Below, piece by piece: positions 25,195 to 35,556 of a stretch of 64,000 bases of DNA. The translations under genes were made by a program, and so were the position numbers. The notes beneath the pieces are model-generated. The model ran no database searches. It had not been told where the DNA came from and saw nothing but the letters and a program-made list of their open reading frames with translations. Within the stretch, counting starts at the first letter, position 1; every line of letters starts with the position of its first letter. Origin of the DNA: Ministeria vibrans ATCC 50519 (taxonomy: Eukaryota > Protista > Filasterea); the NCBI GenBank assembly GCA_943704425.1, contig CALSCP010000141.1, forward strand, positions 1-64,000, read 5' to 3'.

Positions 25195-28100
25195 ATGCAT
25201 CGAAAGACCCTCTTTCTCGCTGTAGCGGCCGCCGTCTTGGCGTACGCTGTGGCTCCTGCCCATTCTGCAGCCGTCGCCGCTGCCGAAGACGACCTGGCCA
25301 GCTCACTGGCCGACCAAATCGAAATCCAACAACTCCCCACCCTCCTTCAAGATGCAGCAGTCGCGCTGTCTGGCCAACTCCCCGAGACGGATCTCACTGT
25401 CCAACGTCGCTTTCTGAGCTCGCGCCGGCGCAGTTCGCGCCGTCGTCGTCGGTACGAGCTGAGTCTCAAAACAGAAGAACAAAAAACAATCAAAACAACG
25501 CTCACCAAAAAAAAAAAAAACATTCTATTGGTTTTCATTTCAACGCTCATGTTTCCNNNNNNNNNNNNNNNNNNNNNNNNNNNNNNNNNNNNNNNNNNNN
25601 NNNNNNNNNNNNNNNNNNNNNNNNNNNNNNNNNNNNNNNNNNTTTTTTTTTTTTTTTTTTTTGCTCTCTTCGTTTATATTATTCGCGCGCAACCCAACTC
25701 CCACACGCCCTCTCGCTCTATGCCCGTTTTTAATAGTCGCACTTTTGACCCATGTGTATCTCCTCCCGTCTCCCCTCCCAGGATCTTCTCCATTTCGCGT
25801 CGTCGAAGCTCGCGTCGTCGCTCGAGCACCCGTCGTCGATTCTTCACCACCCGACGCCGCTTCACCATTGCCCGTCGGCGTCGTCGCTTTGTGTCGCGCC
25901 GTCGCTTTATCACTCGTCGTCGCTTCATCTCGCGCCGCCGTCGTCGTCGTCGTGTCAGCACCCGTCGTCGTGTCGTCTCGCGTCGTCGTGTGGTTACACG
26001 CCGTCGCGCGGCTCAGGTGTGTGTCCCAGGCCAGTACCGTGTGGGTCTGAGCTGTGGCAACTGCGCTGCCGGCCGTTTCACCTCGAGTGGCACCGCCACC
26101 ACCTGTACTCTGTGTGCAGCCGGGCGCTACTCGGGCCCTGTTGCCTCCAGCTGTACCTTCTGTGCCGGCGGCAAATACAGCGGCTCGGGCGCCTCTGTGT
26201 GTCTCAACTGCGCAGCCGGAAAACGCTCGTCCGGTAACACGTGTGTGCCTTGCAGCAGCGGTACCTACTCGCCCGCTGCCGGCCTTGCCTCCTGTACTTC
26301 ATGCCCCACCGGTCGCTACGCTCCCTCGAGCTCCGTCGGCAACTCGGTGTGCTCTCAGTGTCAGGCTGGACGCGCCGCCCTCGCCTCGGGCTCTTCCTCT
26401 TGCTCCACCCTCTGTGGTGCCGGTTTTTACTCGGCGGCAGGCGCCGCCGCTTGTTCTCAGTGCGCTCAAGGCTCCTACTCGACCGGCACACAAAATGCTC
26501 AGTGCACAAACTGCCCGGTGGGTCGCTACGCCGACCTCACAGGCTCTGTCACGTGCAGCCCGTGCGCCCCCGGCTACATCAACAGCGCTGCTGGCGCCCA
26601 GAACCAGTGCAACACCCCGTGTGCCGCCGGTACCTTCTCGGCCGGGGGTGTCTCGATGTGCAGCTCCTGCGCCGCCGGAACGTACAGTGCCTCCGCTGCC
26701 TCGACCTGCCTCACCTGCACTGCAGGTCGCTTTAGCTTCGCCTCCGCCTCGCTGTGCAGCACGTGCGACGCTGGAAGATTCTCGCTTGCAAACCAGGGTG
26801 ATTCATGCAACCAGTGCGGCGCTGGCTCGTACAGCGCTGCCGGCTCCTCCGCCTGTACCCAGTGTAGCGCGGGCTCAGTCACCGCCTCGCCCGGCTCCGG
26901 TTCGTGTGCTCCCTGTGCCCCTGGCAAGTTCCAGGCCACACCCGGTATGCAAATTTGCTCTACCTGCCCTGGCGGCACCTACTCGCTCTCGGGCGCCACC
27001 ACTTGTATCACGTGCGGTGAAGGCACCGTCTCGCTCGCGGGCGCCTCTGCTTGTACCACATGCGCCGCTGGCTACCAAAGTGGCCCGCCCGGCAGCGAAA
27101 CGTGCAAGCCGTGCGAACAAGGCTCCACCAGTGTTGCCCAGTCGTCGTCGTGCACACCCTGTCCGGCCGGAACCGCCGCGCCGCCCAACGGCGTTGGCCT
27201 TTGCATGGCATGTGTCGCCGGAACCTACTCCGCCTCCACTGGAAGCACCACTTGTATTTCATGTCCGCTCGGCACGGCCATGGCTATTGCGGGCGCCACC
27301 ACATGTCACGCGTGTACCGCCGGCACCTACTCCGGCAAACTTCCCGCTGCCACTGTCTGCCAGTCATGCCTAGCCGGTTCCGCCTCGTCCGCCAGCGCCT
27401 CGTCCTGCACCGTCTGTCCTCCGGGCACGTCGGCCCCCTCGACCAATAGCCACATGTGTTCACCGTGCGCCGACGGCTCCTACAACTTCGGCTCGGGCAA
27501 CACAGCCTGCATTCAGTGTCCGGCTGCTCACTTTTGCAACGATGGCGTCATCCAGACTTGCCCGACTGGTCACTACGCTCTTGCTGGTGTCGCAGAGTGC
27601 ACCGCGTGCGAACCAGGTTACATGTGTGTGAATGGAACCCGTCAAGCGTGTCCCGTTGGTACGTACCAGGGCGCTGCCATGGCCACATCGTGCAATTTCT
27701 GCCCCAACGGTCAGTATCAGCCACTGACTGGCCACACCGAGTGTGTCGCATGCCCTCTCGGTAACAGCTGTGTCGACGGAGTCGTGACGCCCTGCATCGC
27801 GTCGACGTACGCCAGCGCTCCAGGCTCCTCTGTGTGCATCACTTGCTCGTCCGGCACCTACACTGACCAGCCCGGCATGTCCACTTGCGCTAGCTGTGCC
27901 AAGGGAAACTTCTGCGTCAACGGCATCTCGTCGCCCTGCGTCGCCGGTACCTACTCGCACCTCAACTCGGCGGGCGCTAGCGTCTGCGACGTCTGTCCCA
28001 TCGGCTCGCAATGCCCCTCTGGTGGCGTCAAATTACCTTGCCCCACCGGCACGCACCAGCCTCTTGCCGGCCAGACGGTCTGTCTCACTTGTACGGCTGG

Positions 28101-31100
28101 CGCCGTCTGCCAGGGTGGCACTGCCGAGGTGTGTCCCGACGGCTTGCACAACCCAAACACAGCTTCCACCGTTTGCATTTCCTGCTCTGTCAATCACGCT
28201 TGCACTCAGGGTGTCATGACGCCCTGTCCCGATGGTTTTTACACGCCGTCGACAGGCGCCTCGTCGTGCACTCCGTGTCCCGCCGGCTCGTACTGTGTCG
28301 CGGGGGTTGGCATTTCCCCGTGCGCTGCTGGCTCCTTCCAGGCACAGACTCAGCAGTCCGTCTGCGAGACCTGCTCGCTTGGCAGCGCTTGTGTCAACGG
28401 TGTTGAGACTCTCTGCGCCGCGGGTACCTACACCAACACGACAGGTGCATCCGCGTGCGAGACATGCTTTGCTCGTCACTCGTGCTCCAACGGTATCATT
28501 CACTTGTGTGACGAAGGTCTTCATCAGCCTGCCGTCGGCGCGTCCACTTGTGTCGCGTGTCCCATTGGTCACTACTGTACCAGCGGTCTCTCCAACCCGT
28601 GTCCGGTGGGCCATTCGTGTAACCTTGGACAACTGTCGCAGTGCCAGCCGGGGACATTTACCGAGACGGAAGGTCAGACCACCTGTGTCGACTGTCCCGC
28701 CGCCCACTACTGTGCCAATGGCAATCGCATCCTTTGCGAACAAGGCCTGTACTCCGCCAACGCTGGTGCCTCCGTCTGCTCGGTCTGTCCCGTCGGCAGC
28801 GCCTGTGTCGACGGTGTTGCCACCGTGTGCCCCGCCGGTCAGCACCAGCCGTCCCTTGGTCAGTGGACTTGCACTAGCTGCCCCGTCTCCTCCTCGTGTA
28901 ACCTTGGCATCGCCACTGTCTGTCCCGACGGCTCGTTCACCAGCAAGATTGGACAGAGCGCTTGCCTTTCGTGCGTCGCCGGTAATCGTTGTACCAATGG
29001 CGCTACGGAGCCTTGCCCCAACGGCCAATACCAGAACATGACAGGCGCGTCCACGTGCCACAGCTGCAACGCAGGCTCGCGCTGCGTCAACGGCCTTGAA
29101 CTGCGTTGCCCCGAAGGCACGCACCAGCCCTTGGGCGGCCAGACCGTGTGCATCGACTGTGCCATCGGCAGCTTTTGTACCGGTGGCAGCAGCCAGGTGT
29201 GTCCCGCCGGGGCATACCAGAGCGCGCCGCGCATGTCCTCGTGCGACTCGTGTCCCATTGGCTTTGCTTGCAACAACGGTGTCGAATCCGCGTGCCTGCC
29301 CGGCTCCCATCAGCCCAACGTTGGCTCGAGTGTGTGCCTCAACTGTGCCGTCGGCCACATGTGTGTGGGTGGTGCCAATCCTCAGACAGTGTGCGCGCCT
29401 GGCTCGTACCAGCCGTCGGCAGGTGCCTCTACCTGCACCACCTGTCCCGCATTGCACTCGTGCGAGGGTGGTGCAACCGCCCGGGTGTGTGGAGCTGGCA
29501 CCTACCAAGATCAGACGGGACAGTCTGTGTGCAAGGAGTGCGCCATCGGCTCGTACTGCATCCAGGCCGTTTCGACACTGTGCCCCGCCGGCTTTTATAC
29601 CGACGTTGTCGGCCAAAGCGTCTGTTCTGTCTGCCCCGTCGGTAGCATGTGCGCACAGGGTATACAGACACCGTGTGCGCCAGGTCAGCACCAGCCGAGC
29701 ACGCAGGCGTCCGTCTGCATCGGCTGCGAGGCCCGCCACTACTGTGTTCAGGGCACTCAAAGCATCTGTGCCGACGGTCAGTACCAGCCGGCCGAGGGTG
29801 CATCGGTGTGCAAGTCATGCGAGGCTCGCTACATGTGTACCCAAGGGGTGCGCACTCTGTGTCCCAACGGCTACTACCAGGAGGCAAGCGAGCAGGCCTC
29901 GTGTGTCGCCTGTCCCGACGGCTACCAATGCTTCAACGGCACGCGCACCATGTGTGCCGATGGTCTTTTCTCCGACGCCAGCACGCAGTTTATTTGTTCG
30001 GTTTGTCCCGCCGCTCACTCGTGCTCCTCGGGCATCAAGGCCCCCTGCGCGGTCGGCTTGCATCAGCCAGCGTCTAGCCAATCATCGTGTCTCTCGTGCG
30101 CTGTCGGCTCGTACTGCCTCGGCGGTGTGAGTACCCAGTGTCCTGAGGGCCTCTACACCAACGGTTTTGGCTCGACTATTTGCAGCTCGTGTACACCGGG
30201 CTCTTTCTGCACCGCGGGTCTTATTGAAGCATGTCCCGCCGGCTCGTACCAGGCCGCTGGCAACGCCACCGACTGCATCACCTGTCCCGTGGAGCACTAC
30301 TGCCCCGCCGGTGCACCAAATGCTATCATGTGTGCGCCAGGCTTCTACCAGACCCAAGCAGGCTCGTCTTCGTGCGACTCGTGCAACGTTGGCTTTGCCT
30401 GCGAAAACGGCATCCAAACTCAGTGTGGCGACGTCGACATGGGCGGCACATACACCAACAAGACTGGCGAGCCGCAATGTCTTGATTGTCCCATCGACGG
30501 ATCCGTCTACTGTACCAACGGTCTCGCGTACCCGTGTCCCGGCGGCTACAACTGCACCAATGGTCTCAAGGAGGACATTCCCGAGTGTGACAGCAACAAC
30601 GGCAAGGGCGACTGCATGCAGCAGTGTCTCGAGCTCATTGGCTCCTACAAGTGTCACTGCGACAACGGCTACTACCTCGTGGGCAACGGTACCATGCCCA
30701 ATGGTTGTGTACTCTCGAGTCAGACCGCACCGCCTACCAACAGCAACCCGGCGACGATTACGTCCGTGACACCCCTCGTGGGTTTGCTCCGCACCGAGAT
30801 GAACATTACGCTCAGCGGCACAAACTTCAACAATCAGCCTGTCATTGAGTGCTTCGTCGAGGCGACCGGTGTTCACGCGGGTCTCCTTGTGGGCCACTCG
30901 GTTGCAGTGGACGCACCTGGCTCGCCCGCCGACAAGCGCGTTTGCTCGATGCCCTACTTTTCGGACGTAAGCCAGGAAGTGACGCTGTCCTTTAGCGGCG
31001 ACGGTGGACATACTTTCTTTACGCAGCCATCAAACACGGACATGGTCTTCACTTACTGGGCTCCCGCTCCGTTTCCTCTCGTCGCACGCTTCAGTGACCT

Positions 31101-34100
31101 TGGCTACACCATTTCCGTTCTGTTCAATTCGTCGGCCGGTCCGCGCACAAACGACATCAACAAGAGCCAGTGCAGTCGCTACTTCTCGGCGAGCACTGTG
31201 GCGGCCCTCGGCGGCTCGGGCGCCACTTGTACCTTCCCTGGCAACGGAAAGGCACCAAGCAACGAGATGCTAATCACGCTCGCCTCGGGCGCCACCATTC
31301 TGCCCGGTGACATGATTACTTTTGCCGCCAGTAACTTTGGCGCTGGTGGTGTTATCGAACCTGGTCAGGCATTTGCTGAGTCCACTAGCGCCTCAGTCGA
31401 GGTGCTGCGTCCCCTCAATCCGACCGTGCCCGACATTGTCCTTGATGGCGCCAACACCATCTCGGCGTGCAACAACCTCGAGTTGACAGTGTACCCACTG
31501 GGTGGCACGGCTGGACGCCCGCTTACATACACATGGCACGTCACCAGTTCGGCCGACAACTGGGGCACCTATGGCACCGATGTCGTTGAGCTGCTCGCCT
31601 CGTCGGATGTCACAACGGGAATTCTTATTTACAACGAGTACCTTGAGTCGGGCGCCAACTACACCTTCGATGTGGTCGCCACGAACATTTTCAATGTGAG
31701 CAGCGATGCCCTCGACACTGTCTCGGTGCTTGTTTCGCCCGATCATGTGCCCTCGGTGACCGTTGTGGGCGACTCGGCGTCGGTGCAGCGAGACGAAGAA
31801 CTTGTCTTTGTCGGTGACCTTGCCATTTCCGTGTGTGCGAACCAGACCAAGACGAGCCAAGTGTACACCTGGAGCATTCTGCCGCATGCCGTGCTGGGTT
31901 CGTCGCGCAATTCGCGCACACTTGCCATCATGCCAGGCGCCCTCAATGTGTCCACCACCTACGAATTGACGCTTACCGTCGACATCGTCGACAACATCAA
32001 CAACATTCTGTTGTCAACCGGCTCCGACTCGACCACCATCTCGGTGGTCTCTGCGTTGCCCGAGGTCATTGTACGCGACGGTTCGCATCGTCTTCAGTCG
32101 ACGTCGCTGCCGCTCCTCGTCGAGGCGGCCTGCTATGATCCCAACGTTGCCGGCGGCGAGTGCAGCTACACTTGGTCTTGTATGTTTACTGCCCGCGATG
32201 CCACCAGCGCCGCACCCTGTGTCGGTGTGGATCTTTCCTTGAACAAGACGGCCGTGATCGAGTTTGAGGCGTCGAGCCTTGCACTCACCGACGGTGGCTT
32301 TTACACCTTTAGTGTGACCGCTTCCAAGGCAGACGGACGGACGTCAACTCCCGGCGCCCCCGGCACTTCCGTCACGATTGAGATTGTCGACGACAACCAG
32401 GCGGCCGGCATCACCATCAACCCGATCGGCGAGCTGTTCACCAAGCCCATTGCCAATTCCAACGAACGTCTCCTGCTCGTCGCCAACACCCAGCTGCCGC
32501 CCTACCTCGAATTGCTCGAGAGCGAGGGTGAAGGCGAGGGTGAATTCATTGGCGACCTTGGTGAGGGCGAAGGCGAGGGAGATGTGTTCATGGGCGACCT
32601 CGACTCAGACTTTTTCAATGCGGAGGGTGTCGTGTACCCCATCACGTGGACCATGGTGAAGAATGCTATTCCCAACTTTGAGCAAGTATTGTGCTCGAGC
32701 GCGACCGACTCGTCGCTGTGCGTCGAGGCGAACTCGCTGCTTCCAGGCGTCACCTATTCGTTCAATGCATCCGCGGCGCGCGGCTGGGCTGTCTACGAAG
32801 TGAGCATCAATGGCATTCCAGCGCTCGCGGCCAAATCAGCGCCGCTGACGGCCACTCCCGTGAGTCCGTCGGTGAGCAAGGGCAACGCTCTCGAGACTGT
32901 CTACACCATTTCGGCCGGCTCGTGGTCGTCGCCGACGGGTGGTCAGCTGTCGTACGTCTTCTCGGTCGGTCCCATGATTGGCGGTACGCGTTTGTCACCC
33001 CAGCTGCCGGTCGGTGGCAACTTCAAGACGGTACTGCCGGCGTCGGTGACGGAAGGCACGACGCGTCGCCGTGGCGAGGATGGCACTATTGAACTGTTTG
33101 TGACGGTCATTGATCGCAAGACGGGCGCCATGAGCAATGGCACTGTCCAAGTGGAGATTCTCAACCCGAACGTGGACGACGGTGGTACCGCCGACGAGAA
33201 CGACGGACCTCTCTCGGCCTTCCTAAACACAACCCTGGCATCCGTGGTGCCCGCCACCAATGTCCACGAGTATCTGGTAGTGGCCGACTCGGCGCTTGAC
33301 ATGATTCGCGAGGTAACCTTTGACGGCGACACTGGCTCCTACACCTGCCCGCCCCAGCTGAGCAACACGCTGGGCATCATTCTGCGCGGTGTCCGCGTCT
33401 GCCTGGCCGTGAGTACTCACACCACCCTCGAGACGGCTCACATTGTCTCGGTGGTGCGCAAAATTAGTTCGCGTGCCAAGTGCTTGAGCGAGGCTCAGCT
33501 GGTCCTGGCCCGCAAGCTGGTCGACCAAGGACTGTTGTTGTGGCAACTGCCGCGTGATGTCTTCCGTGCCGAGGGCGGCATTGTGACGTCGAGCGACATG
33601 AACATGCTCACGATGCAGTCGGTGGTGTCCGTGATGGCGAGCACACTCCACGTGAACACGTCGATGGACCTCGAGGCAGATCCACTTGTGGGTTTGTCAG
33701 CCAACGACTACGACGACGGTGTGGAGGACGCCGGGCGAACGACGCAAAACATTCTGGAGCAGGTGGGACACTCGGCGATGCGCCACTCGTCTGAGAGCGA
33801 GGGCACCATTACGATTGCGAGCGACAACGGTGCCATGGCCGTAACCTTGGGCAGCTTTGTCGCGACGCGCCAGGGCGTGCCGCTGACTGTGGGTGGTGGC
33901 TCATGTCCCACTGAGGCCTGCTACGTCAACGTGACGCTCGACGCGCAGTACTTTGAGCTGCCGGACCTGCTCAACTTTGTGCTCATGATTACGCACTACG
34001 CCGAGACTCCATTTAGCGCGGGCGTGGGCTCTGACGGCGAGCGTCTTGGCTCGGTGACGGGCACATGCGCGACCACACAGTTTACCGACGTGACGCTGCT

Positions 34101-34890
34101 GGCACAAGGTGGTCTTGATTGGACCGCTCTGTCCGTTGTCGACGTCGATGTGCCAATTAACATTTCGATTCCGCTCCTGTCGTGCGCCGACCAAGGCACC
34201 TACTTGTGCCAGTACTACAACGAGTCGTCGAACGAGTGGACGTACGAGTCGGTGGCGTCGCCTGCGCCCAGCACGCCTGGCAGTGTTGTGTGTCAGACGT
34301 CGCATCTGTCGTCGTTCCGCGGCTACCAACAGGCACCGTTACAGACGAGCCGCTCGAGCAGTGGTGGCACAGGCACCGTTGTGGTCGCTGTCATTGTGGC
34401 CATGGTTGGCATTGCTCTGCTCACCCTTATTATTTTGTTTGTGGCTCTGCGTCGCCAGCGTGCCAAGCGAGAGGAATTCAAGGTGGCTGCCCAGACAAGT
34501 CGCGGGTCGATGCACAGCAACGTGAGCAGCACCGGCTCGCTTGGACGCAAGTCGCGGCAGGCACGCGACATTACCCGCCGTCTGTCCGCGGTGGATGTGT
34601 TTGAAGGACCCGACGGCTCCAATGTCAACGAGATTGTCGACGTGCTCATGCAGGGAGACCACGACGACCTGGCCATGGCGGGCGTGACGCAGAGCAACCC
34701 GGCGCGCGGCTTCAACCGTTTCAGTACGCTCGACGACGTGGACACCTTTGAGAACCCGCTCTTCTCGTCGTACGACGATGCCAGCTCAATTGGCGGCGAC
34801 TCGGCCATTGAATACGCCGAGTATGGCGAGTACACGCGCCAGAGCAGCGCCAACTTCACAATGGGTCATACGGAGGATTCGAACATTTGA
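25195..34890 (+). CDS. Giant type I membrane protein: signal peptide, acidic pro-piece, poly-Arg segment, ~1500 aa of GCC2/GCC3-type Cys repeats, EGF, IPT-like, PKD/REJ-like, GAIN/GPS, one TM helix, Tyr-rich tail (intron 25452-25781)
   Basis: Repeats of CxxCPxGxY; EGF CDSNNGKGDCMQQCLELIGSYKCHCDNGY; REJ-like YTW motifs; GPS CQYYN..W..CQTSHLSSF; TM VVVAVIVAMVGIALLTLIILFVAL-RRQR. Confidence 0.88.
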   Translation: MHRKTLFLAVAAAVLAYAVAPAHSAAVAAAEDDLASSLADQIEIQQLPTLLQDAAVALSGQLPETDLTVQRRFLSSRRRSSRRRRRYELSLKTEEQKTIKTTLTKKKKNILLVFISTLMFXXXXXXXXXXXXXXXXXXXXXXXXXXXXXXFFFFFFALFVYIIRAQPNSHTPSRSMPVFNSRTFDPCVSPPVSPPRIFSISRRRSSRRRSSTRRRFFTTRRRFTIARRRRRFVSRRRFITRRRFISRRRRRRRVSTRRRVVSRRRVVTRRRAAQVCVPGQYRVGLSCGNCAAGRFTSSGTATTCTLCAAGRYSGPVASSCTFCAGGKYSGSGASVCLNCAAGKRSSGNTCVPCSSGTYSPAAGLASCTSCPTGRYAPSSSVGNSVCSQCQAGRAALASGSSSCSTLCGAGFYSAAGAAACSQCAQGSYSTGTQNAQCTNCPVGRYADLTGSVTCSPCAPGYINSAAGAQNQCNTPCAAGTFSAGGVSMCSSCAAGTYSASAASTCLTCTAGRFSFASASLCSTCDAGRFSLANQGDSCNQCGAGSYSAAGSSACTQCSAGSVTASPGSGSCAPCAPGKFQATPGMQICSTCPGGTYSLSGATTCITCGEGTVSLAGASACTTCAAGYQSGPPGSETCKPCEQGSTSVAQSSSCTPCPAGTAAPPNGVGLCMACVAGTYSASTGSTTCISCPLGTAMAIAGATTCHACTAGTYSGKLPAATVCQSCLAGSASSASASSCTVCPPGTSAPSTNSHMCSPCADGSYNFGSGNTACIQCPAAHFCNDGVIQTCPTGHYALAGVAECTACEPGYMCVNGTRQACPVGTYQGAAMATSCNFCPNGQYQPLTGHTECVACPLGNSCVDGVVTPCIASTYASAPGSSVCITCSSGTYTDQPGMSTCASCAKGNFCVNGISSPCVAGTYSHLNSAGASVCDVCPIGSQCPSGGVKLPCPTGTHQPLAGQTVCLTCTAGAVCQGGTAEVCPDGLHNPNTASTVCISCSVNHACTQGVMTPCPDGFYTPSTGASSCTPCPAGSYCVAGVGISPCAAGSFQAQTQQSVCETCSLGSACVNGVETLCAAGTYTNTTGASACETCFARHSCSNGIIHLCDEGLHQPAVGASTCVACPIGHYCTSGLSNPCPVGHSCNLGQLSQCQPGTFTETEGQTTCVDCPAAHYCANGNRILCEQGLYSANAGASVCSVCPVGSACVDGVATVCPAGQHQPSLGQWTCTSCPVSSSCNLGIATVCPDGSFTSKIGQSACLSCVAGNRCTNGATEPCPNGQYQNMTGASTCHSCNAGSRCVNGLELRCPEGTHQPLGGQTVCIDCAIGSFCTGGSSQVCPAGAYQSAPRMSSCDSCPIGFACNNGVESACLPGSHQPNVGSSVCLNCAVGHMCVGGANPQTVCAPGSYQPSAGASTCTTCPALHSCEGGATARVCGAGTYQDQTGQSVCKECAIGSYCIQAVSTLCPAGFYTDVVGQSVCSVCPVGSMCAQGIQTPCAPGQHQPSTQASVCIGCEARHYCVQGTQSICADGQYQPAEGASVCKSCEARYMCTQGVRTLCPNGYYQEASEQASCVACPDGYQCFNGTRTMCADGLFSDASTQFICSVCPAAHSCSSGIKAPCAVGLHQPASSQSSCLSCAVGSYCLGGVSTQCPEGLYTNGFGSTICSSCTPGSFCTAGLIEACPAGSYQAAGNATDCITCPVEHYCPAGAPNAIMCAPGFYQTQAGSSSCDSCNVGFACENGIQTQCGDVDMGGTYTNKTGEPQCLDCPIDGSVYCTNGLAYPCPGGYNCTNGLKEDIPECDSNNGKGDCMQQCLELIGSYKCHCDNGYYLVGNGTMPNGCVLSSQTAPPTNSNPATITSVTPLVGLLRTEMNITLSGTNFNNQPVIECFVEATGVHAGLLVGHSVAVDAPGSPADKRVCSMPYFSDVSQEVTLSFSGDGGHTFFTQPSNTDMVFTYWAPAPFPLVARFSDLGYTISVLFNSSAGPRTNDINKSQCSRYFSASTVAALGGSGATCTFPGNGKAPSNEMLITLASGATILPGDMITFAASNFGAGGVIEPGQAFAESTSASVEVLRPLNPTVPDIVLDGANTISACNNLELTVYPLGGTAGRPLTYTWHVTSSADNWGTYGTDVVELLASSDVTTGILIYNEYLESGANYTFDVVATNIFNVSSDALDTVSVLVSPDHVPSVTVVGDSASVQRDEELVFVGDLAISVCANQTKTSQVYTWSILPHAVLGSSRNSRTLAIMPGALNVSTTYELTLTVDIVDNINNILLSTGSDSTTISVVSALPEVIVRDGSHRLQSTSLPLLVEAACYDPNVAGGECSYTWSCMFTARDATSAAPCVGVDLSLNKTAVIEFEASSLALTDGGFYTFSVTASKADGRTSTPGAPGTSVTIEIVDDNQAAGITINPIGELFTKPIANSNERLLLVANTQLPPYLELLESEGEGEGEFIGDLGEGEGEGDVFMGDLDSDFFNAEGVVYPITWTMVKNAIPNFEQVLCSSATDSSLCVEANSLLPGVTYSFNASAARGWAVYEVSINGIPALAAKSAPLTATPVSPSVSKGNALETVYTISAGSWSSPTGGQLSYVFSVGPMIGGTRLSPQLPVGGNFKTVLPASVTEGTTRRRGEDGTIELFVTVIDRKTGAMSNGTVQVEILNPNVDDGGTADENDGPLSAFLNTTLASVVPATNVHEYLVVADSALDMIREVTFDGDTGSYTCPPQLSNTLGIILRGVRVCLAVSTHTTLETAHIVSVVRKISSRAKCLSEAQLVLARKLVDQGLLLWQLPRDVFRAEGGIVTSSDMNMLTMQSVVSVMASTLHVNTSMDLEADPLVGLSANDYDDGVEDAGRTTQNILEQVGHSAMRHSSESEGTITIASDNGAMAVTLGSFVATRQGVPLTVGGGSCPTEACYVNVTLDAQYFELPDLLNFVLMITHYAETPFSAGVGSDGERLGSVTGTCATTQFTDVTLLAQGGLDWTALSVVDVDVPINISIPLLSCADQGTYLCQYYNESSNEWTYESVASPAPSTPGSVVCQTSHLSSFRGYQQAPLQTSRSSSGGTGTVVVAVIVAMVGIALLTLIILFVALRRQRAKREEFKVAAQTSRGSMHSNVSSTGSLGRKSRQARDITRRLSAVDVFEGPDGSNVNEIVDVLMQGDHDDLAMAGVTQSNPARGFNRFSTLDDVDTFENPLFSSYDDASSIGGDSAIEYAEYGEYTRQSSANFTMGHTEDSNI

Positions 34891-35196
34891 GTTTTTACTA
34901 TTATTATTATTCTTATTATTACAACTGTCTTTTTTTATTTTGTTTTTTGAAGAAGAAGACGTACGTAATGTATAGTTAATAGTAGGTCGAAACAGGACTC
35001 AGGGGAGCAAAAACGATTGTTTTTTAATAATAAAAATTTATTATATTTTTTCAATTTTCATTCCTCACAAATCACATTTTTGATTTTTTCACAGATCACT
35101 ACCCATCTCTTGTCCATCCATACACAGCCGGGCACGCACACCGGACACCTCGAATATCCTCTTTCTTCTTCTTCTTCGTCCTTGGTCTTTTTTTGC

Positions 35197-35458
35197 ATGT
35201 CTGCGTCTCCTTCGTCTGTCAGAGTTCTGCGATTGTATCGAGAAATCCTGCGCGCAACTCGACCCGCCCCAGGCCAGGTGTCCGACCATCTGTACATCCG
35301 TCGCCAGGTACGCGCCGTCCGTCGTATGTGCGTGTTTGAGTCTGACAAAAGGTGACTTTTGCAGATTCGCGAAAATTTTGATAACCACGTCGACAAGACG
35401 GACAAAGACGAGATTAAGCAACTTATCAAGGTGAGTGAGTGCACCGACGCTAACCATA

Positions 35459-35495
<37 letters not shown>

Positions 35496-35556
35496 TTACG
35501 ACGGGCATGTGTAGATTGGAAAGCACTTTCTTCAAGTGTCGAAACACATTCTGTAA
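35197..35556 (+). CDS. LYR-motif (Complex1_LYR) mitochondrial microprotein, 72 aa; exons 35197-35307, 35365-35430, 35515-35556
   Basis: VLRLYREILRA...IRRQIRENF...TDKDEIKQLIKIGKHFL; two phase-0 GT-AG introns; missing from the ORF track as a whole protein because it is spliced. Confidence 0.85.

Noticed and set aside
28033-31011. Long antisense ORFs (575 aa, 309 aa) opposite the Cys-repeat receptor
   Set aside because: Shadow ORFs expected from GC-rich, biased codon usage; no recognisable motifs
35463-35555. ORF-track N-terminal extension (MCVCVC...) of the Smr protein
   Set aside because: It derives from an intronic GT repeat and LYR exon 3 read in another frame; the first true ATG is 35556
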